In this document: piece after piece, positions 53,799-64,000 of the stretch | Layout of the letters: each line of letters starts with the position of its first letter | How positions within the stretch are numbered: position 1 is the stretch's first letter | Source of the DNA: Octopus sinensis | Taxonomy: Eukaryota | DNA length: 64,000 nucleotides | NCBI RefSeq assembly: GCF_006345805.1 | Contig: NC_042998.1 | Coordinates: 87,792,001-87,856,000 of the forward strand | Direction of reading: 5' to 3' | The notes under the pieces: model-generated | The model's database searches: none | The model's input: the letters and a program-made list of their open reading frames with translations, nothing else | Told to the model about the DNA's origin: nothing | Program-made: the position numbers and the translations under genes

Positions 53799-55417
53799 CA
53801 GTTGCGGCCAAAATGTTCAGAACGGCATTGTTTTCGCCACAAAAGTAAGTATAAGTTTTTATCAAAGTTGTTTTATATTTTATAATTTTCACAGACAATA
53901 CATACAATATGAATTGTTATTATCTGAGATGTTGGTGTAATTTGAGAGGATAATACAAAAGTTATGGATGATTTAGTGATTTACTGCAAAACCCATGGCG
54001 GCCAAAATGATCAGAACGGTTGCTTTTACTCCATGTTTTAGTATATTTAACCGGCGAACTCTAATGTTTTGAATTTGTTTACGTGACGGTTCGTTTACTA
54101 AACATTAGTAAGAATATCTGCAGTGTACTTTGTTAATATAATGCCACTTACTCCGTTATCAATTCGTCAGCAGATTATTAAGCTTCGAAAGAAGGATAAT
54201 TTAAGTATTGGGTCTATTGCAAAGATTGTTAACAAGTCAAAAAGTGTTGTTCACGGTATTCTTAAGGTCTTTGATGTTTGTGGTTCGTGTGAAGCAAGAA
54301 AGTCTACAGATAGGCCAAGAAAAACGACCAAGAGAGAAGATCGTGCTATGGTAAAGTTGGTTAAAAAGGACAGATTTAAAACTGCTGCTGCTGTTTCTCG
54401 GGAAATGAGCATTGTACTGAAGAAAACGTTATCTCGAAAAACTTGTCTCATCGTTTAGTTGAACATAACCTACAAGCAAGATCACCAGCAGTGAAGCCAC
54501 TGATCAGCTCCAAAAATAAAAAGTGTCGTCTTAGCTTTGCAACCGAACATGTATTGTGGTCTCAAGAAAAATGGCAAACGGTGCATTTCAGTGATGAATC
54601 TAAGTTTATGTTATTTGGCTCAGATAGGAGAAGGTACGTTCGTTGAAAAGTAGGTGAAAAATTGTCGCCTAAATGCCTTAAAACTAGTGTTAAATTCGGT
54701 AGAGGAAGTGTCATGGTTTGGGGGATGATATCTGGAGATGTTGTGGGCCCTTTGGTGCGATTATATGGAAAGGTAAATGCAGGAGTTTATAAACAACTTG
54801 TAAAAGATCATGTCTTGCCTGTGCTGAGATATTCAACTAAGCGACCACCCATATTCATGCAGGACAATGCCCCATGTCACAAGGCTAAGGTGGTCATGAA
54901 CTTTCTCAAGGTTATTATTATGGATTGGCCTGCTCAAATCCCAGATCTCAATCCTATTGAAAATGTGTGGAATATTCTAGGAGAACGTTCGAAAGCCAGA
55001 AATTCTAAAACAACCGAGCAATTATGGAATGCCCTTCAGGAAGAATGGAATAAGATCACTTAGCAAGAAATTGAAAATTTAATTTCCTCATGCAGTCGAA
55101 GATGTCAAAGTGTGTTTGAAGCTAAAGGGCTTCACACTAAATATTACATAATTCCAGTATTCTCTATCATTTTTGATTATTTTGTTATTTTTTCAACCGT
55201 TCTGATCATTTTGGCCGCCATGGGTTTTGCAGTAAATCACTAAATCATCCATAACTTTTGCATTATCCTCTCAAATTACACCAAAATCTCAGACAATAAC
55301 AAGTAATATTGTATTTATTGCCTGTGAAAATTATAGAATATAAAACAACTTTGATAAAAACTTATACCTACTTTTGTGGCGAAAACAATGCCGTTCTGAA
55401 CATTTTGGCCGCAACTG
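53799..55417 (+). mobile_element. Full-length inactivated Tc1-family transposon, IR/DR type (DD34E)
   Basis: ~224-bp TIRs (53799-54022, 55194-55417) starting CAGTTG after TA, each with inner and outer DR GCGGCCAAAATG(T/A)TCAGAACGG; transposase motifs VHFSDESKF, FMQDNAPCH, PDLNPIENVW with frameshifts and stops. Confidence 0.95.
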
Positions 55418-56170
55418 CAATATGTGGGGGGGGGGAATTATCATCCTATTCCACTCTGACAAGGATTGGACGGCTTAATAGGATCCAATGAATCCAAGGA
55501 CAGCACAGTGCTCCAGGGTCTATTTTGGCGTGGTTTGCTAACCACTTCACGGAGTGTACTTGGTGCTTTTATTACGCCACTAGCACTAGTGAGGTCTCCA
55601 TGCTCCCCACCTACATATAGATAGGGTTGGAGGTACAGATACGAGAAACTGAACTTCATGTGCAAATGTATATTTTTCTTATTTAGCTGCAGAGCTGCGT
55701 AAATGATTTAAATTCGAGGTTTTCTTTGCTGCACTTATCAAACTAACATAAAAGTCGTAGGTCCTTTTTATATATGAGGAAATGTGATTGTTTTACATGC
55801 ACATACTAATGCAATAACTAACAATATATGTCTGTTAAGCAGAGAAATAAATAACAGAGAATATTTTTATGGTTACCAATTGCATAAACATATAGGCATA
55901 AGCGCTCACATATAAATACATAAATACGCATAAATATAAATGCATATTAGCATGTAGATATGTACACATATACATACACATAAATATATTACAAGCATAG
56001 TTACATATATGTATGCTTGCACAAACAACACACAAACTCGCATACATATACACACACACATACAAACATACATGAATACATATACACATACAAAATATCT
56101 ATATGTGTGTATGTTTTATGCATACATGTATGTTTATATGTGAATGTATGTAAATGTGTGCATCTATCAG

Positions 56171-56269
<99 letters not shown>

Positions 56270-57936
56270 GTGTGTGTGAACATGTGCTTTTGTGTGTATA
56301 TGCAACTCCAAAACTTCATTTTATTTCTCACACTATATCGCACAGGTTTGTCTCTCTCTTTATACGTCTATCGATTAATATATTTGCTATCTGTCGCTGC
56401 ACCTGTATGTTAGAGACATTTTCCCATAAATACAAATTGGATTGTCATGGTTAGAATGTCTTTGGTCATAGTTCTTGTCACCTAGGGCAGACATACAATA
56501 ACCCAATAATAGCAACGACAGCTTATGTAGTTGTAAATTTTCAATTCCTTTCCGTTTCATTTTATAGATTGCTTAATCAATGTTTCAGTTGTTGTGGGCA
56601 GATGCAGATGTATGTATGCATGTATGTATGTATGTATGCATGCATGTATGTACGTATATATACATGGATGCATGCATGTATTTTTTATGCATCTATGTAT
56701 ATATGTATGCATGTATGTATATATGTAGATATATATGTATGCATGTATGTATATATGTATGCATGTATGTATTTATAATAATATACAGTCATATTTAACA
56801 TGCTCATGTACATTCCATACATGGTAAAACACTACGCTAATACGCTGTACAAATTGTGTTGAGAGAAGAAATTCTTCTTATTGACAATATGGATATAAAC
56901 ACAGCACTAGGACATGAACGACCTCATTGGACCGTAGACGCTTGCATTTGTACGGCGTTGCGTTTCATCATGTCCACTCATAGCCTGTTGCTCTAATATT
57001 AGAGTAGCAAGCTATATTTCATCCAATGCTGATCAGTGCACATCTAATTAATCTGTTACAGCTTGACAAAGATTTTCGCGCATTAGTAAATAAACCATTT
57101 ATCATTCATTTTGATGTCTGCATTTCCGAAACGTGTGTCTGATCCTACACAAGCCTTCACCACTTGAAGTAAGTAATCAAAATGGATAATCTAAGAGCTG
57201 GCTATTGAACCCTCATACGTTGAAACTGACGAGAAAAATAGTTTCTTTCATTTTTCTACTTCACTGAATTGTTTTTCATTCGTTATATATACAACTATCC
57301 GCCTGTCTTTGCGCATCTACTTTAATTAAAGTGTTCTAGCTGTAAAGAAATTATTAGATTCTCTTGACTAGAATTTTATAGATCTACAACAACTTTAACT
57401 TCAACGTATAGAGTGTGATCTGATGTACATTTACCTGTAATTTCTGGTTTGCTGAGCGACTACTGTTTATGGTGTGTCTTTGTGATAGCCAGTACAGAAT
57501 GATTTCAGAACGACATACATGTTTTATCCAGCATATTAATCAACTATTGGAAGACTTCCTCAGAAGTGATAAATTTCAATGTTGAAATAAGGAAATATAT
57601 TGCTTATCGAATGAAAACTGTACGAATTTATAAGGATGAATTTTGAGGTAATTGAATGTATTGAAACAAATCAAAGTGATATAATGGGAGCGTGTAGACG
57701 ATAGTTCTACTGGAGCTAGGAATTAATGAGAAAAAAACGTGGGGAACAAAGAATGAAGCATGGAGAGTATATTTACCTAAATCGATGGGTTAAATGTTCA
57801 TAATTTTATTATAATGAGATAATGTTTTTAAGAAGAGAAAGCAATGAAATTGAAGTGCAAAATGAGACGAATATTGAAAACGTGGCTGAAATGCAACTTT
57901 GGCTATTATCGGTTAGGTTTATACAAAAGAAAGGTC

Positions 57937-58045
57937 ATTGTAAAAGCAAACACGGAGCAGGAACAGAAAACTGCATTGATGATGAAAAGATTGTAAAAGC
58001 AAACACGGAGCAGGAACAGAAAACTGCATTGATGATGAAAAGATT
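57937..58045. repeat. Perfect 53-bp tandem duplication
   Basis: ATTGTAAAAGCAAACACGGAGCAGGAACAGAAAACTGCATTGATGATGAAAAG occurs twice. Confidence 0.95.
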
Positions 58046-59200
58046 ACTGTAAAAAGAATGCAAAAATTAATTAAGACAAGAATATTGATGAACTAACGAA
58101 AGAATAAGAATTATGATTTTATATTTGAAACGGGAAATGAATTCGTCAAGGAAAGTTTGCTTACATGTATGCTGTGAAAAATAATTAATACACGCCGAAA
58201 AAGGAATGCCAGTGAGATGAAATGACAGCCAATTTCTCCACATGGACTACAAAAATAAATAGTTTCTGTGACATAAAATCTGCAAGTGTTATACAAACAC
58301 GCGTGAGCGCCAACACACACACTTACACACATACAGACACACATATATACAGAGAAAAGTGAGAGAGTGAGGAAGAGAGATAGATAGATTAATTGATAGA
58401 AATATAGATAGATTGATAGCTAGCTAGATAGGTAGAGAGATTAAAGCAGAAAATACTTGACATGTTTGGCAAGACTTGACAAGGACATTTACTTTAGCTA
58501 TATAGTAAATGGTTCAGATAGTCTTTAACAGCTGTTTCTAGAATATCCCAGTTAGTGAAACATCGTGTCAAGCGAGGATTCTATAGGCTGAGTATCCCGT
58601 CGTCGGAGAGAGGTAGGTTAAACGTATGTAATAGTGGAGGAATATTCTTCGTCAATGAAAATTATTGTGGTTCATTATATCTAGAAGGGGAGGGGAAATC
58701 TAGTTAAACCCACCTCACTAACAATCATAACATTCTGAAAAAAGAGACCCTATAAGAAAAATAAACTTTTGAAGATAAGTCCTGAGATAGATATGTTCGG
58801 CTAAACCCACCCTGGCCGCTGTCCAATGACTGAAACATGTAAACATTAAAAGATAAAAGATAATCAGAAACACTCACAGAAACAGCTGTAAGTCAAAATT
58901 GCTGTTATAAAGGGAAAATATGTAATGACCATTATTTTAAACTTGTTTCTTATGAAAACCAGTTTGTCTGGAGCCCACCCACGGATTTAAAATATAGAAT
59001 TGTGATGAACCATAACCTTGGACACTGCCATAAGAATACCTGGATGTCCTTCACTGATCTAAATAATATTGTTAGCCTGGTGAGTCACAACAGAGCTTAT
59101 GAAATATTTTGCCCCTAGTCGCTAAAGTGACTAGGGGCACTAATCTTTAGTGACGTATATATTTCTGTCTTTAGGTTGTAAAATTTCGAATTAGTCGCCC

Positions 59201-59260
<60 letters not shown>

Positions 59261-59261
59261 A

Positions 59262-59303
<42 letters not shown>

Positions 59304-59421
59304 TATTTACTATTGTGAAATTTGATTTAAAATTGTTACGTTGAATTTTTCCCTGTAAATTTTGGAATTATATTCCCTATTTTTATTATTATTATTGTTA
59401 TTATTATTATTATTATTATTA

Positions 59422-59464
<43 letters not shown>

Positions 59465-59467
<3 letters not shown>

Positions 59468-61592
59468 TAGTTTTATTTTTATAGCGTGCTTTCACTTCAC
59501 TACCGAGCGCAGCTCTGTGTGCCTTGGGTATGTGCTGTGATTTGTTGTGATGCTCTGATGGTTATTGTATGGAAAGTGTTCTGCGTAGGATGTGTGCAGT
59601 GCCTAGTAGTGCAATTTTCTGTATGTTATATGTGTTTGTAAGTCCTGGTGTTTTTGTTATGTATTTGTCTGAATATTTTTTTATCATGCCTAATGCACCT
59701 ACTATGATAGGAATTGTTTCTGTTTTCAGGTTCCACATTCTAGTTACCTCTATTTCCAGGTCTTTGTATTTTGAGAGTTTCTCCATTTCTTTTAGAGACA
59801 CGTTGTCATCTGCCGGTATTGATACATCAATTAGAAAGCATTTTTTTTCTTCATGATCTCTGACAACTATATCTGGTCTGTTGGCCTTAATTTCTCTATC
59901 TGTGTGTATCGGCACATCCCAGAGTATGGTTGCTTTCTCGTTTTCTGTGACCTTTTCTGGTGTGTGCCTATACCATCTTTTTTCTGTTGTTATTCCATAA
60001 TGTTGGCATAGCTTCCAATGTATGTAGGTTCCAACTCTGTCATGTCTGTGAATATATTCCTTCTTAGCCAGGACTGGGCAGCTAGAGATAATATGATTTA
60101 TTGTTTCTTGTCCATCTCCACATATTCTGCAGTTACTTGTAATATTTCTTTTCATTACATGTTTTTGGTAATTTCTGGTGGGGAGGCTTTGGTCTTGTGC
60201 TGCAATTAAAAATCCCTCTGTTTCTGCTTTGAGTCCTGAGCTTCTCAACCATTGCTGGGATTTTTCTTTGTCTATTTCTTTTGCGTTTAGTTTAGTCCAG
60301 TATTTACCATGAAGGGGTTTTTCTTGCCATCGTTTTATCATGGCTCGTTGCTGTTCTATTTTTAGTTTGGATTTCATTTGTTTTATAGCTTTTGTTGTTT
60401 CTTCATCATCTTCTTCTTCTTCTTTGTGTTTATTAGGTGGTATGATTTCTTGTTTGTATTTGTCAGCTTCCTTAAATACTGAGAACAGTTTTTTGTTTTG
60501 CTCGTGTTTTGCTGCTATCTGGATCAGTTTTCCTTCCTTCTGAAGTAGGTATTTTTGCAGTCCTATGGTGGTTATTTTATAGTAGTTTTCCTGCTGTATA
60601 AGGCCTCTACCACCTTCTATACGTTGTATATATAGTCTTTCTATGTCAGATTTTGGGTGATGCATCCTAGATCCTGTCAGTATTTTTCTTGTTTTCCTAT
60701 CTATTTTGGACAGTTCATTTCGTGTCCAGTTAAGGATATTGTAGCTGTAACTTATAACTGGGACAGCTAAAGTGTTGATACCTATTATCTTGTTTTTAGC
60801 ATTGAGCTCTGTTTTTAGTATTGATCTAACTCGTCTATAATATTCTTTTTTTATTTTCTCTTTCATTTGTGTGTGTTGTGTCTTATCTAGTTCATGGATT
60901 CCTAAGTATTTGTAAGTTTGGCTTTGGTCTAATTCTTTTATTTCATTGGTTTTATCTAGTGTGATGTTGTTACTCTTAACTAGTTTTCCTCTTTTCATGG
61001 TTACTTTGGCGCATTTTTCTAATCCAAATTTCATATCTATTTCTTTGGTAAATCCATGAACTGTCTTTAATAGTGTTTCCAGCTGTTTGTCATTTGCAGC
61101 GTATAGTTTTAGGTCATCCATATATAAAAGGTGGCTGATCGTTTTGCCGTAACATTTATATCCGCATCCAGTTCTATTTAGCATATCAGATAGAGGTGAC
61201 AGTGCCAAGCAGAAAAGGAGTGGAGAGAGCGTGTCTCCCTGGAATATTCCTCTTCTAATGGGGATGTCTTTGGTTTTCATGAGTCCCTCTTTTGTTTGGA
61301 GGTGTAGGACTGTTTGCCATTTATTCATAGAGTGCTCTATGAATTTTATGATTGTTGGTGCTACTTTGTTAATGGCTAGTGTTTCGAGGATCCATGTGTG
61401 GGGGATGCTATCAAACGCCTTTTTTTAGTCAATCCAGGCCATACTGAGGCCTTTCTTCTTTCTGTGGCTGTATTCAGTTACGGCTTTATTAATCATTAGT
61501 TGATCTTTACAGCCATATGAGCCTTTGCGGCATCCTTTCTGCTCTTCTGGGAACAGTTTGTTTTCGTCCAGGTGTTTGTTCAGCCTTTGCGA

Positions 61593-61593
<1 letters not shown>
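59465..61593 (-). mobile_element. 5'-truncated Dong/R4-clade LINE (RT + CCHC finger + restriction-like endonuclease) embedded in (TAA)n
   Basis: EEQKGCRKG, WID*KKAFDS (single in-frame TAA), GIFQGDTLSP, LLYMDDLKL, CRICGDGQETINHIISSC, RHD, RPDIV..LIDVS; (AAT)n on both flanks. Confidence 0.95.
59562..61328 (-). CDS. RT-RLE ORF of the Dong/R4 element (588 aa open segment)
   Basis: ORF track translation; in frame with upstream segment 61425-61593 apart from one stop. Confidence 0.9.
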   Translation of the reverse strand: MNKWQTVLHLQTKEGLMKTKDIPIRRGIFQGDTLSPLLFCLALSPLSDMLNRTGCGYKCYGKTISHLLYMDDLKLYAANDKQLETLLKTVHGFTKEIDMKFGLEKCAKVTMKRGKLVKSNNITLDKTNEIKELDQSQTYKYLGIHELDKTQHTQMKEKIKKEYYRRVRSILKTELNAKNKIIGINTLAVPVISYSYNILNWTRNELSKIDRKTRKILTGSRMHHPKSDIERLYIQRIEGGRGLIQQENYYKITTIGLQKYLLQKEGKLIQIAAKHEQNKKLFSVFKEADKYKQEIIPPNKHKEEEEDDEETTKAIKQMKSKLKIEQQRAMIKRWQEKPLHGKYWTKLNAKEIDKEKSQQWLRSSGLKAETEGFLIAAQDQSLPTRNYQKHVMKRNITSNCRICGDGQETINHIISSCPVLAKKEYIHRHDRVGTYIHWKLCQHYGITTEKRWYRHTPEKVTENEKATILWDVPIHTDREIKANRPDIVVRDHEEKKCFLIDVSIPADDNVSLKEMEKLSKYKDLEIEVTRMWNLKTETIPIIVGALGMIKKYSDKYITKTPGLTNTYNIQKIALLGTAHILRRTLSIQ

Positions 61594-61634
<41 letters not shown>

Positions 61635-61637
61635 GTA

Positions 61638-61669
<32 letters not shown>

Positions 61670-61706
61670 GTAGTAGTAGTAGTAGTAGTAGCAGCAGTAG
61701 TAGTAG

Positions 61707-61766
<60 letters not shown>

Positions 61767-61814
61767 GGAATATAATTCCAAAATTTACAGGGAAAAATTC
61801 AATATAACAAATTT

Positions 61815-62200
61815 ATGTAGCTTGTTTACCAGCCACATGGTTCCGGGTTCAGTCCCACTGCGTGGCACCTTAGGCAAGTGTCTTCTGCTATAGCCTCGGG
61901 CCGACCAAAGCATTGTGAGTGGATTTGGTAGACGGAAACTGAAAGAAGCCCGTCGTATATATGTATATATATATGCGTGTGTGTGTTTATGTGTCTGTGA
62001 TTGTCTCCCTCGCATTGCTTGACCACCGATGCTAGTATGTTTATGTCCCCGTTTCTTAGCGGTTCGGCAAAAGAGACCGATAGAATAAGTACTGGGCTTA
62101 CAAAAAGAATAAGTCCCAGGGTCGAGTTGCTCGATTTAAGGCGGTGATCCAGCATGGCCGCAGTCAAATGACTGAAACAAGTAAAAGAGTAAAAGAGAAA
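61815..62200 (+). mobile_element. SINE family A, near full length, young
   Basis: GTTCCGGGTTCAGTCCCACTGCGTGGCACCTTAGGCAAGTGTCTTCT...CCAGCATGGCCGCAGTCAAATGACTGAAACAAGTAAAAGAG. Confidence 0.92.
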
Positions 62201-62235
62201 GAGAGTATAATCTTTTATTTGTTTCAGCATGACTG

Positions 62236-62407
62236 CAGTCGCATGGCTGACGTCGAGACTTAGTTCTACAGCTGAGTGAACTGAAGCAACGTGAAATCAA
62301 TTGTTTCGTTCAAGAACACAACACGCAGCCCTGTCTGGGAATCGAACTCACAACCTCACGATCGTAAGCTCGACGTTCTAGCCACTCACTAAGCCATGCG
62401 CCTTCAC
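62236..62407 (-). mobile_element. tRNA-derived SINE family D (5' part)
   Basis: Minus GTGAAGGCGCATGGCTTAGTG..GAGTTCGATTCCC..GTGTTGTGTTCTTGAAC. Confidence 0.8.
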
Positions 62408-62744
62408 TATAGAATCACGTGGGCCAAGTTTTGACTCCGTTGTGCGGTATAACTGTCTTTGGCACATTCAGTTGACCCCTTCCTTGTGAATAAAATTGGT
62501 AGTTGGAAACAGTACGGAAGCTTATAGGATGGCTGAACCTGTAATTAAAAGAGGCAGCCGCAATGATTCTGCCTTAATATTATGTTAATATTGTCTGGAT
62601 ATTATATTCATATTGAGTATGTGGAATACTCTTTTAGAAACACATTTTCCATGCAAGAAATAGCTGTTGAAATGTATCTTAAAGCGTATCCTATAGACTT
62701 ACAAAAGAAGGTCACATAAAATAATGTAATTCTAGAAATACTAT

Positions 62745-63878
62745 TGCTTCTAATTTTGACGTTTTATTTTGCATTTGGCAATATGTTTGTGAAAGTAGCG
62801 CTATATCATCTGCAATGTCGAGATCTTTTAGAGCTTCCGCATCCGTCCATTCAATGCCTGTTTGGCTTTCAATCATAGTTTCATTCATAATCCATTCTAT
62901 AACTAGTAGAAATAAAAAGGGAGAAAGTATACAGCCCTGTCGAACTCCTGTTTTTACTTTGAATTTATCCGTAGCTCCGTTTTCATGCAAGTCTCGGCAT
63001 GACATTCCTTGGAAAGTTGCTCTTATTATAGATATATACTTGTCTGGTATGCCTTAGTGCTGCATAATTTTCCATAAGCCTTCCCTATCTACACTATCAA
63101 ATGCTTTTTCGAAATCAATAAAGTTAATATAAAGCGGTGCATTCCACTCTGCGTCAAAATTAGAAGCAAACCTGCCAAACTAGGATTGAAAGTCAACCGC
63201 GACAAATCTAAAATTATGCGCATTAATAAAGAAAACAGCGAACGTAATAAACTAGAAACTGGTGAACTAGAGGATGTAGCCGAGTTTATGTATTTAGGTT
63301 TTAAGATAACGTTTTCAGGCGGCACCGACGAAGATATTAAGACGAGAATAAGTAAGGCAAGGACCGCTTTTCACCTTTTAAAGAAAGTAAAGAGCGTAAG
63401 TGTAATTTCAATAAAGAACAAAATAATAATTTTTAACACTAACGTAAAAGCAGTGTTATTGTATGGGGCTGAGACATGGCGAACAACAGTTAAGTCAAAT
63501 AAGCAAATACAATCATTCATCACCAAATGCTTGCGTAGTATACATAAAATTAGATGGCCCGAACACAGGCAATATGGCGCTATGGCAGAGAACAAATGAA
63601 GTTTCGATTAGAGAGCGGATATTTAAGAAAAAGTGGAAATGGATTGGTAGCACAATTAGAAAAGACATACCAACTGTAGCGAAAAGTGCTTTACAGTGAA
63701 AACCGGATGGATATAGGAGAGGTAGGCCTAAGTACTCGTGGCGGAGATCAACACAAAAGGAACTAGAGAAAGGGGGACATTCATTGCAGTGTATAAGTAC
63801 AGAAGCTAAAAATTATGCGACATGGAATTCAACTATAAGTGGCCTATACTCCGCGTTGGAGGGTTAAAGGCACAAAGA
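62745..63878 (+). mobile_element. 5'-inverted, 5'-truncated RTE LINE with an 11-bp target-site duplication
   Basis: 62745-63151 is antisense RT (EWNAPLYINFIDFEKAFDS..GVRQGCILSP..ADDIALL); 63152-63878 is the sense continuation (LKVNRDKSK, YLG, LLYGAETW, WKWIG) to an AAG tail; AGAAATACTAT at 62734-62744 and 63879-63889. Confidence 0.88.
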
Positions 63879-64000
63879 AGAAATACTATATCTGAAAAAC
63901 AAGCGCGATCACGGCCGGCATACCTCATTTATATTTGATAATATATATGCTGGATCAGGACTGATCTGGGGTTATATAGCAAAAAATGCACACACACACA

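Overview
AT-rich, microsatellite-dense eukaryotic DNA made almost entirely of transposable-element remains. The SINE families resemble those I recall from octopus (coleoid cephalopod) genomes, which is an inference. Recognisable elements are: a Penelope-like element (RT + C-terminal GIY-YIG) with an inverted 5' copy; a near-intact 5'-truncated CR1-group LINE; a Dong/R4-type LINE sitting in (TAA)n; several RTE fragments, one with a 5' inversion and 11-bp TSD; an L1/Tx1-like ORF1 fragment; a mariner; an IR/DR-type Tc1; and dozens of tRNA-derived SINEs of about four families. The best candidate for something under-described is a set of short, ORF-less, (TA)n-embedded elements carrying minimal hammerhead-ribozyme motifs (two families, about 10 motifs), often inserted as fold-back structures. 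Only one convincing candidate host exon was seen (6348-6494). There are no rRNA genes, bona fide tRNA genes or CRISPR arrays, and most ORFs in the track are microsatellite artefacts. Single-base homopolymer indels between near-identical copies suggest some long-read assembly error, so frameshifts and local duplications need read-level checking.
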